From the NCBI RefSeq assembly GCF_001194135.2, contig NC_068994.1, forward strand, positions 39,396,963-39,460,962: DNA of 64,000 nt, given 5' to 3'. This document shows positions 24,295 to 37,459 of the stretch, piece by piece. The notes under the pieces were generated by a model. The model searched no databases. It was not told the DNA's origin and saw nothing but the letters and a program-made list of their open reading frames with translations. How positions within the stretch are numbered: the first letter of the stretch is position 1; each line of letters starts with the position of its first letter. Made by a program: the position numbers and the translations under genes. The stretch is from Octopus bimaculoides. Taxonomy: Eukaryota.

Positions 24295-25030
24295 TTGTGT
24301 AGGCAAGTGAAAGGCAGATTGCATGATGCCTGTGTATGAGCAGCCATGATACATGGCAGTGAAACATGGGCTGTAATCTTTGAGGACATGTGTTGGCTTG
24401 AAAGAAATGAAGCTAGTATGCTTCACTGGATATGCAATGTCAGTGTGCATGTATGACAAAATATAAGCATCTTATGAGAAAAGTTGGGCATAAGAGGCCT
24501 CAAATATGGTATGCAAGAAAAATGACTGAGCTGGTATGGACATGTGATGCATATGAATGAGGACAGCTGCTTAAAGAAGTGCTGATCTCTAACTTTGGAG
24601 GGAACCTGTGGAAGACATAGACACAGGAAGACAAGGGACCAGGTGGTGAAGCATGATATTTGAACATTAGGCCTTATGGAGGTAATGACAAGTGACCAAG
24701 ACTTTTAGCAATATGCATTGTTTGAGAAGACTCGTCAAGCCAAGTGAAATCATAATTGTGATATCAATAACATTCCTAATCTTGCAGGTTCATGGATGCT
24801 GGTGCCATGTAAAAAGCACCCATGCTGGTAATACATTAAAGCAGGTGATACATGCCAGTTCTGTATAAGAGCACCCAGTACACTCTGTAAAGTCACTGGC
24901 ATTGGGAAAGCCATCCAGCCATAGAAACAATGCCAAAATAGATGTGGAGCCTGAGCAGCTCTCTAACTGACCACCACCTGTCAAACAGTCCAACCCATTC
25001 CAGCATGTAAAAAGGGAATGATGATGATGA
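24295..25030 (+). mobile_element. RTE LINE 3' fragment
   Basis: VKGRLHDACV*AAMIHGSETWAV...LSWYGHVMHMNEDSCLKK...EKTRQAK*, then shared UTR and (GAT)n. Confidence 0.9.
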
Positions 25031-26572
25031 AGATAATGATATATATATATATATATATAGGCTAGTGGTTAGGGTGTTGAAATTATGATTTCAATTCCTA
25101 GACTGGGTGATGCCTGATGTTCTTGTTCAAACAAATTTATCTCATGTTCTTTTGCCATCACTTCAACATTTACTAACTTCAGTCACGGGGCACTGGTTGG
25201 TCTTTAGATATAATAATAGATATTTGGCAAGGGTGCCACACTGTGGGCTTGAACTGAAACTAAGTGGTTGCAAAGCAAATTACTTAACCACAGAGCCACA
25301 TACATCTATATATATTCATACATAATTGTGATTGATATATATATATATATATACATACACATACATACACACATATACATACATATACATTTTATAATTA
25401 TTACTATTTTACTAATATATGTATATCTAAATTATATTTTAATGGTTAATGGCTAAAATTTTTCCAAATATACGTATTCTTTATTATTACACCTATGTAA
25501 ACAAAGAAAGATGTATAGTTCAAAAACCCATTAATGGATTTGTTGTTCATTAGAGTTTTATACAGAATTGATGTTTAAAAATGTTTTATGTGTACACACA
25601 TACACAAACATCACACAAATACATGTGCACACCTATATACACCCACATACATATATATATATATANNNNNNNNNNNNNNNNNNNNNNNNNNNNNNNNNNN
25701 NNNNNNNNNNNNNNNNNNNNNNNNNNNNNNNNNNNNNNNNNNNNNNNNNNNNNNNNNNNNNNNNNNNNNNNNNNNNNNNNNNNNNNNNNNNNNNNNNNNN
25801 NNNNNNNNNNNNNNNNNNNNNNNNNNNNNNNNNNNNNNNNNNNNNNNNNNNNNNNNNNNNNNNNNNNNNNNNNNNNNNNNNNNNNNNNNNNNNNNNNNNN
25901 NNNNNNNNNNNNNNNNNNNNNNNNNNNNNNNNNNNNNNNNNNNNNATATATATATATATATATAAATGTTTATACTCATTCAATATGTCTATATATGTGT
26001 ATTTATGTACATATAATATACATTTGTGTGTGTATATACAAACACACTTTTTTTTGCTTATTTTGTGGAATAGAGTCATAAAAGTGATCAATACTACCTT
26101 GTGTTAGAAGTGTGTACAGTCTTATATATGTTTATTCATGTGTAAGGTGAACAGAAATTACATTCAATCAGCCTCCTGTTGGTTGATTGTACACATCAAC
26201 AGATTGAAAAGGTGTATACAGTTGATGTATAGGCAGATTGAATGAAGTCGTTGTTTGAAAGTGTAATACCTGTTTACCTGACATATAGATAAATCTATAT
26301 GTATGCATATGTGAATACAAGCAGAAACACACACACCAGCATACAGACACATATACAGACAAACATAAATGAATATATATATATATGTATATATGTGTGT
26401 GCTTGTGTTTATGTAAGTATATGTATGTGTATAAATAAGTGTACAAAAATCTCTGTATATATGTATTGGTGTGTGTGTGTACATATATATATACATACAT
26501 ATAAATGTACATATACGTGTGTATATAGATTTATATGAAAACACGCACACTTGTATATATATGTATATATAT

Positions 26573-26763
26573 AAGGGAGTACTGAAAAGTTCATGGCTTT
26601 AGGGTATCACTCAACTTTCTGAGTTCTTTTACAGGGCTTAGAAAAATAAGGACCACTGTAATAGGTGTGTGAATCTGAGAGAGGAAATAAGTTGACTAAA
26701 ATCATAAGTAACTGACCCTCCTGTATTTTCTTTTATCCAGGGTCAGGAGCTATTAAGTGCCTT
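26573..26763 (+). mobile_element. Mariner internal-deletion derivative
   Basis: Mariner-like ends (gggagtactgaaaagttc / gagctattaagtgccc) and remnant C-terminal peptide KDHCNRCVNLR. Confidence 0.6.
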
Positions 26764-26848
26764 TTGTTTTTATCTATCTATCTATCTATCTATCTAGCTA
26801 TCTATCTATCTATCTATCTATCTGTCTGTCTGTCTATCTATATACATG

Positions 26849-26888
<40 letters not shown>

Positions 26889-27667
26889 TATATACAACTG
26901 CATGTGCGTGCATATAACTCTATATACACATGTATAAGTACATTTATATGAATGTATATATATGTATGCACATATATGCACATAAATGCTTATAGACAAA
27001 TGTGTATATACACATACCCACACATGCACACACTTACACACACATACATCAAAGTGCATAATAGATCTCTGTCTTGAAGTTAATTTTTTTTATTTTCGTA
27101 CCTACCTCTTTGCTCTTCATAATGTTGCAGGTTTCCCTCACTGAAAGCACGGCCACTATCAGCACAAGTTACCATTGACATCTCACTATAACAGTAAGGG
27201 AGTTTAGCTGTGGTCTCTTTATCCCTCTCGTTAACAGATGTTTCAGCAGTCTTTTGAAAATATTTCTGTGTACAGCAGAAATAAGTAGTCAAAATGGGAC
27301 AAAGTAGAAAAAAATAAACTCATAGAGAAAACACATGTATGAAACACCAACACATCGCAATGTTGGAATGAATATATATATATATATATGTACCCCTTTG
27401 TAACCCGTCTTCTTTTCTCTTTGCACCCTTCCATCTTTTCCTCCCTCTCCCATGCACTCACCATTCCTTCAGTGTTCTGCTTTGTTACAACCAGAAATGG
27501 CTCTGACGAAAGTAGCATCAATTTCTTTAGGTCATTCAATTTTCCTCAACTGATCAGTAAACCAATTGAGTAAACCTGTCAGTAATGTACCTATAATGAT
27601 TACTGGAAACAACTGTAAGCCAAATTTGCTCCAATAGAGCAATATGTAATGACCATTATTTTTAACT

Positions 27668-27708
<41 letters not shown>

Positions 27709-27711
27709 GAT

Positions 27712-28214
27712 ATCATAAATATACAGGGATTAGCATTGAGTTGCTTCTCCAACATACTGAAAATTTAGAAATAGCAGTCAAAGAACTACAGATTCTAAAC
27801 TACAAATTTTTCTCTAAACGGATGGCGATATTTATGGCACACATAGAACAAAAAAACGGAGGGAAAAGCGTAAACAAAACAAGTCTTTAGTTAATTGGAT
27901 ACAAATCGTTTCATGGTTAAGCGAATGAAAATTTCACTATTCCAATCTTCAGTCCAAATATTCTGATAAATTTGAAAGTGTCTCTAAAAAAATTCACGGT
28001 AATTTTTGGCCATGCGACACCAAAAATCAACGATAAGAAAGGCACTTACGAATTCATCGGCCAGTGAGTTCAGGCATCTCACCCCGTGCCATAAGTATCG
28101 CCATCCGTTTAGAGAAAAATTTGTAGTTTAGAATCAGTAGTTCTTTGACTGCTATTTCTAAATTTTCAGTATGTTGGAGAAGCAACTCAATGCTAATCCC
28201 TGTATATTTATGAT
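27712..28214. mobile_element. Young 503-bp fold-back element with 129-bp inverted termini
   Basis: Arms 27712-27840 and 28086-28214 match at 127/129; ends ATCA...TGAT. Confidence 0.9.
27895..27957 (-). ncRNA. Type-I hammerhead ribozyme motif, core intact
   Basis: ttgga-CTGAAGA-t-tgg...cca-t-GAAAC-gattt-GTA-tccaa; 5-bp stem I, 3-bp stem II plus inner hairpin, 2-bp stem III. Confidence 0.7.
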
Positions 28215-28338
28215 GATAAATGGTTTTACCGATAAAGGTTTTTTCATACTGAACTACTTGGCAAAATTGTTAATTATTAATTCTATTATTAATTGACGAT
28301 TCCCTGCCCTTATTCTTGTATATACATATAGATAGATA

Positions 28339-29080
28339 GATAGATTATATATATTATAGGCAGAGGAGTGGCTGTGTAGTAAGAAACTTTCTTCCCAGCT
28401 ACATGGTTCCAGGTTCAGTTGCACTGCAAGACACCTTGGGCAAGTGTCTCTTACTGTAGCCTCAGGCTGACCAAAACCTTGTTAGTGGATTTGATAGGCA
28501 GAAACTGAAAGAAGGCGGCTAGCTGGCAAAAACGTTAGCACGCCAGGCGAAATGCTTAGCGGTATTTCGTCTGCCGTGATGTTCTGAGTTCAAATTCCGC
28601 CGAGGTTGACTTTGCCTTTCATCCTTTCGGGGTCGATTAAATAAGTACCAGTTACTCACTGGGATCGATATAATCAACTTAATCCGTTTGTCTGTCTTTG
28701 TTTGTCCCCTCTGTGTGTAGCCCCTTGTGGGCAGTAAAGAAATAAGAAACTGAAAGAAGCTCATTGTATATATATATATGGTGGTGCTCCAGCATGACCA
28801 CAGCCACTTGGCTGAAACCCATAAATAAATAAATAAATAAATAAATAAATATATATATATGTATGTATTTGTGTGTCTGTGTTTGTCCCCCCCCCCATCA
28901 TCACTTGACATCCAATGTTGGTGCGTTTACGTCCTTGTAACTTAGCAGTTCAGTAAAAGAGACTGATAGAATAAGCACTAGGCTTCCAAAGAATAAGTTC
29001 TAGGGTTGATTTGTTCAACTAAAGGTGGTGCTCCAGCATGGGCTCAGTCAAATGACTAAAACAAGTAAAAGAATAAAAGA
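28339..29080 (+). mobile_element. SINE family B interrupted by nested insertions
   Basis: Head ggcagaggagtggctgtgtagtaag; tail gactaaaacaagtaaaagaa. Confidence 0.85.
28514..28744 (+). mobile_element. Young SINE family A nested in family B
   Basis: 14-15-bp TSD agaaactgaaagaa(g) at 28500 and 28745; A- and B-box-like motifs. Confidence 0.9.
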
Positions 29081-29906
29081 ATAATATATTTATATATACG
29101 CCTACGCACACATACATATATATTTATAAATATATACACATACACACATGGTGGTTGGTGTTAAGAAGGGCATCCAGCTATAACAACCATACCAAAACAG
29201 ACACAAAAGTCTGGTACAGTCTCCTGCTTTGCCAGCTCATATCAAACTGTGCAACCCATGCCAGCATGCGAGGTGGGTGTTAATTGATGATGATGATGAT
29301 ATGTATGTATATATGTATGCATGTATGTGTGTTTATGGGCGTGTATATATGTATATATATATATATATGTGCGTGTGTGTGTGTGGTAAGGTGTTGTATC
29401 TCTTAGTTGTTACATAAGGAAATAATTGTAAACAAGAGTCACTGTCATACACATAGTGTACTTCATCTCCAATCATCTGTAAAAACATGTCTGACCATTG
29501 AGAAATATAAGTTTGCTTTGGAACAGGTGAGGGTTGGTGACAGAAAGGGCATCTGACCATAGAAAATCAACCTCAACAACCTTTGTCCCATACAAGCATT
29601 GAAAAATAGACATTACAGCCATGTTGATGATGATGGTGATGATGATGATGGTGATGATGATGATGATGAAGAAGTTATGTTATGAAGGAAGACTTTATTC
29701 ACTTGATCAAATGGCGCCATGAAAAAAATACATATATGCTTGCATATGCATAGACATATATTATATAGATACATCTGTACATACATACATATATACATAC
29801 ATGCATTACATAGATAGATCTGTACATGCATTCATACATATACACATACATACATTACATACTTGCATACATACAATATACATATATGCACACATACATA
29901 TATGCA

Positions 29907-29937
<31 letters not shown>

Positions 29938-30150
29938 GTAGATTTCTACATAAAATTATTATGCCATCTTAACAAGACCTTCATTGTCTCTCTTTCATGC
30001 ACACCTACATACTCTCTTCCCCCCCCCCTCTCTCCCTTTTCATCCCCTTTTCTTTCTAGTTCTCTTAAACCTCATATCAAAGTTTTTATATGCAAAATAT
30101 CTGAACCATTAAATATTATTAAACTAACAATTCAACATATTGTTCATATG

Positions 30151-30151
<1 letters not shown>

Positions 30152-30201
<50 letters not shown>
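30152..30201. repeat. (ATT)n microsatellite
   Basis: Direct observation. Confidence 0.95.
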
Positions 30202-30203
<2 letters not shown>

Positions 30204-30849
30204 TAGACCACCTTTTTTCTACCTGCCTGGCATGAGTATTCCTTTGTCATTCTTCCTGTCAGAAATACAGTTAGTGAGTGAGTGAAAGACCCACTGGAAA
30301 CCTGTAACCAATGATGTTGTTCTTCAGCAATTGCAATAAATAAATAAATACTAAAACAGGAAAAAGTAAAGATTGGCCTCTCGAATGAAAGGCTTGTGTG
30401 TTTGTATACAGTTTCATTAGAACTATGTTGTACCTTTGCCAATGTAGTGAACAGTATCCTGTCACCTATTTACTAAGTTGTAAGAGAGCAGACTTCAAAA
30501 TAATAATAACAATGATAATAATGATGATGGACTTTCCTGTCAAAGACAACATATGAGTGTTCAGCTATTGCTGAACGACCTGCACCAATGATTTGTTTAT
30601 AGTGATCAAATGTGCGTGTTGTACATTAGCTCACTCCCTATATCAAATCAATATTATCCAAACAGGTGCATGGTGTACCGTGCATCAGGTGATGAAAGTG
30701 ATTGCAGAGCAACATGAGATGAAGTGTTTTGCTCAAGAATGCAATGCATCACCTAGTATAGAATTGAAACCACAATGTCATGATCATGAGTGTAACACCT
30801 CAGCTACTAGGCCATGTGTTCTCATGATGATGATGATGATAATAATAAC

Positions 30850-31271
30850 AATAATGGTTTCAAATTTTGCCACACGGGCTGCAATTTTGGGGGAGAGGAT
30901 GAGTCGATTACATCGACCCCAGTGTTCAACTGTCATTTATTTTATTGACCCTAAAAGGATGAAAGGTAAAGTCAACCTTGGCAGAATTTGAACTCTGAAT
31001 ACTGCTAAGCATTTCATCCGGTGCGCTAACAATTTTGCCAGCTCGCCGTCTTTGGTTTCAAATTTTGGCACAAGACCAGCAAGTTCGAGGGAGGGGGATA
31101 AGTCCATTACATCAATCCCAGTGCTTGACTGGTACTCATTTTATCGACTCCCAAAAGGATGTATGGCAAAATCGACCTCGGTGGAATTTGAATTCAGAAT
31201 GTAGCGACAGGCAAAGAAATGCCACTAAGCATTTTGTCCAGCACGCTAATGGTTCTGCCAGCTCGCTGCCT
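30850..31271 (-). mobile_element. Two consecutive SINE family A copies
   Basis: ~30850-31050 and ~31055-31271, both beginning ggtttcaaattttg on the + strand. Confidence 0.85.
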
Positions 31272-31279
31272 TAATAATG

Positions 31280-31321
<42 letters not shown>

Positions 31322-32210
31322 TTAATAATAATAATAATGATGAATAAATAAATGAAATGAAACTATTTGGAAGCAAATCTCTAAACTAACCAGCAACTAG
31401 CTAATAGGTTAGGAATAGTCTTTTTAAAGAGACAGTAGAATAATATCCATGTAAAAATGTATGCAGGATCAAACTTCTATGAAGAAATTAAACAATTTTT
31501 TAACACATTAATTAAACCTCTTTTAAACTATTGTTAATCAAAATCCTTTCCAAATGAATTCATCATCAAAAAATTCATCACCATCGTCATTTTTGTCATC
31601 ATCATCATTATCATTGTTATCACAGTAATTATTATTATCATCTTAATGTCTAATTTTCCATGCTTGCATAGGTTAGAGATGGAATTCATTAAAGCAAATT
31701 TTCTATATCTTGATGCCTTTCCTTTGTGTGTATGTATATATGTGTACATATATGTACACATAGATAGCTCACTGTGGATGTGTGTGTATGTATGTGTGCA
31801 TGTACATGCATGTACTGATAACTGACTTTATATATATATACATATGTGTGTGTGAATCAGCTACATTTTGCTTAGGGAAAGATTACAGTGACCACTCAGA
31901 GTACACTTTTTTCCAGAAATGTAGAAAAGTTCAGTAAAGGGCTGAGAAACTCTTCTTGTGGAAAATCTGATATGCTTCTGGAACTGTCCAAAGACAGTCC
32001 ATTGTGGAATAAAAATCAAATGATAACAATAATGACTGAATTAGGAACAGCTTTTTTTTATAACTAAAAGTAGTCTTTTGGGATTTGGTCTTAAGATGAC
32101 TGAGATGATAGACTTTTGATGGATGTGGTGTGAGAGGTATCATGTATCATTTTGGAAATGATGTAAAATATCTTAATTATAAGTTGAGATGAAAACTAAG
32201 TGGATGGTAG

Positions 32211-32303
32211 TTAGTGGTTTATACAATACAGTAAATAGTGTTTAGTGGTTTATACAATACAGTAAATAGTGTTTAGTGGTTTATACAATACAGTAAATAG
32301 TGT
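32211..32303. repeat. Three perfect copies of a 31-bp unit
   Basis: (ttagtggtttatacaatacagtaaatagtgt)x3. Confidence 0.95.
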
Positions 32304-33450
32304 TGTCATTTATTACCATGTACCTTGAGATCAAGTCAACAAAAGTCTAAAATTGAAGGCGTCCTGTGTATGACCATCCTAACTTTAACTTCATGCATAG
32401 TTAATCTAAGGACTACATTATCCAATACATCCTTATTTTTATTTTTAATGCTAGCATGGTGTAATTTTAGGGTGTGAGATTTTACTTCTATTTCTAATAT
32501 GCCAAAACAATCTCATAAAATCTCCATCATTAGCTTGAACTGAAGCAGTTAGAAGGTGGAGGTCTAGGAATGAAAATGATCAAGTTTAATGTTAGCTGAA
32601 GAGAGGCTAGTTTGAAGAACTGAACTATCTAGCTTATTGCAGCGTAGAAAAACATCAATGTAGTTGATGATGATGTGGTATGACATGACAACAGTGATTA
32701 TGATACTGTAATTTAGTCATGTGGAACAAGAAACTCCAGTTTATTCTGAGAGGGATGAAAAAACTAGAGAACGTAACCTGTCAAATTATTTTGTTTTGAC
32801 TTAACACTGTTTGTCAGTTATGTTAAATGAAAAGTATGACTCTTCTTATATATAGCATTATTTTTTTTTAAAGATAATGTTGCGGTATTATAACAACAAT
32901 GAAAAAAGTTTTCATGCTATAATTCTTACTTCAGGATAGTAAATACAGAATCTTTGTGGTATGGTTCACTAACAGTTGTTTATGATATTACAGAGTAACT
33001 TTATGGGAAATGTCAGCTTTATAGAAAATTACTGACATCAGCTATAAAGAAATTATATCTATGTCTAAAGGAAAAATTATAATTTATTTTATCATCATGT
33101 CCAAAATAATATCAGTATAGAAGTAAATTATTAGTGTGTCAAGTTTCTAGCTATGGAGACCAACAGATAGAATTTATATAAAAAATAAATATAAAATAGT
33201 TAAGATAAATAGCTTAAAATTTCTTTATTACTAACAATCACGAAATTTGTTTTTCTCACAAAGTTAAATCTATGTTTGCAACAAGATGTCTTTTATTTAT
33301 TATTGATGTCGAAAGCATTCAATAAATATTACTGGTAATGTTATGGACAAGCCTATTGCTGTTTGGTCTAAAAGAATGTGAAAAAAAAAAAAAAATTATG
33401 CAGCCTTTGATATTGCTACACGTGTTTGAAACAAACACTTTATGTTACAG

Positions 33451-33491
33451 GTTTGAAGAAAATAAAATATTTGTTTCGAATTATTCAACAA
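33451..33491 (+). CDS. Candidate short exon (LKKIKYLFRIIQQ or FEENKIFVSNYST)
   Basis: Acceptor ctttatgttacAG, donor aa|GTATTT; frame ambiguous. Confidence 0.25.
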
Positions 33492-33683
33492 GTATTTGTA
33501 TATATAATTATCCAGTTCATACATCTATAAAAATATTAAATACCTCGATATGAAATATGTAACTATAATTTTTATACAATATTTTCATTTGTATTATGGC
33601 TAGTGGTATAATAAATTTTCGCTGATTGCTTATCTCTTTATTACTTTTTATATATTTGTTATTGAAACTATAATAATTGTTGC

Positions 33684-33684
<1 letters not shown>

Positions 33685-33730
<46 letters not shown>

Positions 33731-33743
33731 ATATTGTTGTTGC

Positions 33744-33797
<54 letters not shown>
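33685..33797. repeat. Compound (ATT)n/(ATC)n microsatellite
   Basis: Direct observation. Confidence 0.9.
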
Positions 33798-33798
<1 letters not shown>

Positions 33799-34529
33799 TC
33801 TTCTTATTTTATTTTAGGTTTGAAATATAGTTACTGAACCTTTCTTCTAAAGAAAATCCTAAAAATCTATTATCAAGCCTACCAACTCAATGTGAAAGTG
33901 CAAAGCTGTTTCAGTGCATTCATGAAACTATTCTTTCTCTGCTAGCATCCATGGGAGTGAATAGATTTATTGTCATTCAGCCTATCATTATAGCTACACA
34001 GAAACCAATGAACCTCATGCAAACATGTTGCACTAAATCTTTTTCACAGCATATTCTTTTTTTTAATGGCAGATATTATCATGTTCTAAAGATATTTCCC
34101 TTCTGTTCCTTTCAAGTATCAAAACACACACACACACACACACAAAGAAAAATAATCAGTATTTTCTCCTATAAATTTAGTTTTGTAAGTAATTTTGGAC
34201 CAAGCTTCGCCAAAGTAGTACCTAAGATATAACGAAACATTTAGGGTTATGTTCCTGAATATTTTTTTTTAACATATAATCCAAAATCAATAGAAATATA
34301 CAGCACCAATATTTTCTGCCACAGCTGATAAGGACAGCATCGATGCTAAAGATTTATTTGATTTATTTGTACTACTGAACAGATTGTAAAAGTACATTGC
34401 CAAAATATAAAATGACAATGCTTTTCTAAAATAAAACAGAAATTTAGCACTTATTTACCTGCTGTATTATTTTCAGATGTTACAAATTAAATAATATTTT
34501 ACATTCAAGAATCTGATAAATTACATACA

Positions 34530-35230
34530 CCAAATGAGGTACAGTTTAGTTTCATATCCGGGAAAGGAACCACGAATGCAATCTCTCTTGTGAGGCAACT
34601 GTTAGAGAAATACTTGGTTAAAAGTTAACCGTTATTCCTGACATTTATCGATTAGAAGAATGTGTTTGACAGGGTGCTACATTCAGCAGTTTCGTGGTAA
34701 TTAAGACAAATAGGGGTAGATTAATTGTTTGTGAGGGCTGTACAAAGATGCAGTAAGCAAAGTGATTGTCAACAGTGATGTTAATGACAAATTGGATGTG
34801 AAAGTAGGAGTCCATCACACTCCATTCTTCAACCCTATCCTATCCCTCAAAGATCTGCAGGCCATCACAGAGTAGTTTGATTCTGGCTATCGGCTATCCA
34901 TGGCAAATTTTAAATGTTGATGACCTAGTTCTCATAGCTGAATTTACAGGAGAATTACAGAGGAAATTCCAGTTATGGAAGCTACACCCAGAATTGAGAA
35001 GCCTCAAGATAAATTTGGCTAGGACTAAGTTTTTAGATAAGTAAGAAAGAAAGACACTGATATATTCAGGAAAATGGTCTTGCTTGAAATGCATAAAAAG
35101 TGTAAGTATAAATTCAGTAACTTTATTCAGTGTAAGCTCTGGGTGCACAAGATTTGCAGTGGAATCACATATATACATATAAAATCAATGAAGAGTTTAC
35201 AAAATGCTTCAAGAGATGAGTTACATACAT
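34530..35230 (+). mobile_element. RTE LINE reverse transcriptase fragment
   Basis: QFSFISGKGTTNAISLVRQLLEKY...VFDRV...GYPWQILNVDDLVLIAEFTGELQRKFQLWK; degenerate YADD box. Confidence 0.9.
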
Positions 35231-35577
35231 TCAAGCTCTACTTATCAAAATGCATGAAACTTTTGACCTTTAAGTTACTTCTGTTATAGAAATAATGTTG
35301 TGAACATACTGCAATTGCTGCAATGATTTGAGAGTTCCACAGATTGATTTGGAACAGTTTAAGTTTAAGCTTAACTAATTATGAGTGTTAGTCACAAATG
35401 TTTCTTCCATCATGAGCAGGGGAAACACTTGTTCTTTATTGTTAAATGCAACTGCATTTTAATTCCTTCTTAATTACTGTAAATGCATAGCTCATTCATC
35501 AGTTTTGCAATACCTTCAAATTTCGAGAAACCCCTAAATTCCTAATTAAAGGTTATTAATACTTGGCTCTAATTTTT

Positions 35578-35905
35578 TCAGCATTGGATTAATCATTAAG
35601 CAAAATAAGCCTGTGGTTAGGGCATCAAGGGAAGGGGAGCACCACAGAAATGATAAATGGTTTACAGCATAAAAATCCCCTTTAACTTGCTATAGTAATA
35701 TTCGAAGTGGTTTATATGATTGGAAATATAATTTGAAAGTATTCATAGAGTCAAAATAAAACATTATTTTCCATATTTCTGTTGTTTTTGTTTCATTTTG
35801 AAAATTTTTTATAGTTTATTATTGTTTATATTTTGAATTACATATGGGGCCACAAAAATCTTTTTTAAGTGCTTAGGGCCTCTGTGGCACTTAATCTGGC
35901 CTTGA
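35578..35905. mobile_element. Probable hAT-type MITE (decayed)
   Basis: Weak inverted ends cagcattggattaa / ttaatctggccttg. Confidence 0.35.
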
Positions 35906-37367
35906 ATTTTATCATAGTTTTGAAATTGGAGAAATAGACCTAATTTACTGTAACTCACTTAATATAAAATAACACTTTTCCTGTGTGCAATACTTACATA
36001 TATATACCGTTTGCTAATTTATATGGTAAGCTTAACATAAGCACGACTGTGTGTCTAAGAAATTCATCTTAAAACCATATATGTTTTGGTTTATTAAAAC
36101 TGTGTGACACTTGAACAAATGTCTTCTACAGAACAATCAATACTGTTGAATTTGTAGACAGGAACTGCATGATAGTCCATTGTCTCATTACCTTCATCAT
36201 CCTCATTGTCATCACCCTTTAATATCTGTATTCCATTGATGCATAGGTTAGATGGTTTGACAGAATACAACAGGTCAGAGGATAGTGTTGAGTTCCAGTG
36301 TCAGTTTTGGCAGGGTTGCTATAGCCGTTTCTTAAAGCCCATGTGTAAATGTGTGTGTGTATACATATGTGTATCTATTTGGCTATTATATGCTTTTATT
36401 TTCTCTTTTACCAAGCATAGAAAGGAAAATTAAGATAACAGCTTTGAGAAAAATGTTATCCTTTACGAATATGTTTTGGAATAAATGTTGGAAAACTATG
36501 ACATGGGGAATGTTTCCAGTAGTGCTTTCTGTGTAAAGAATATATAATTAACGGTTGACACACTTAATGTGGTGAACTAAAAATAATTTTTAGTTAATCG
36601 GTACAAAAATTTATGAGCACTAATGATAATTCATATCAAGGAAGGATAAAGGAGAGAACTCTGAAACCCAGCATTTGAGTATTATAGCCATAAATTTTGT
36701 TTCTAAGTGCTTTTGTATTTGAACCCTACCAGAGGTCTGTTTATATACAACTTCAATAAAATCATAAATATTTGAAATCTGAAATTGATAATCCCCTTGA
36801 GATCACGTTAAACTCATGGACCATCTCATGGAATTCCTTTTACTGACTTTATATATTTCATATTTATGAAAATGGCATTCATATATTTTTATCCAGATAG
36901 TTTTGTGTTGATTAAAAATGCCTATCAAATTACAGATTAAATTAAATTGAAAATTCCATTGCTACACTGTATACTCTTATCAAATTAGAACATTCCACCA
37001 TGAAGTTCATATCACCAATATTCTGCTTTATTCTAATAGCTCATAAAATATTCTTGGAAAGCTTTGATTCCCAATAACTAATGTGATTGAGTAAAAATTA
37101 GAATAATTCTGGATGAAGAAGAAATCTTAGCAACACTTCAGTTATTAAAAGGATCAATAACCATAGTGTGAACAAAATCTTGCGAGGGTGTTTGGTTGTT
37201 TTATCTATTTATTCATTTATTCAGTCATTTATTTGTAACACAATAGAGTAGTATTTAATTTAAAAGGAAAAAGAAATGTGATCCACAGAAGTTGTAGAAG
37301 ATAACAAATTACTTTCAAGAAATTTAAAACAAATAAATAAATATAAAAATAAGATGTAGTGCAAAAA

Positions 37368-37417
<50 letters not shown>

Positions 37418-37427
37418 NNNNNNNNNN

Positions 37428-37459
<32 letters not shown>

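Noticed and set aside
27131-27190. Acceptor plus FPSLKARPLSAQVTIDISL*; similar acceptor-then-stop frames at 7185, 23728, 31917 and 50480
   Set aside because: Several mutually exclusive terminal-exon candidates show how often these arise by chance; not called without RNA data.
27495-27545. ctgacga followed by a short stem
   Set aside because: No GAAA or stem I partner, so not a hammerhead.
28514-28600. tRNA-like A/B boxes
   Set aside because: SINE heads without a complete cloverleaf; not tRNA genes.
32211-32303. Possible CRISPR-like array
   Set aside because: Head-to-tail repeats without spacers in eukaryotic DNA.
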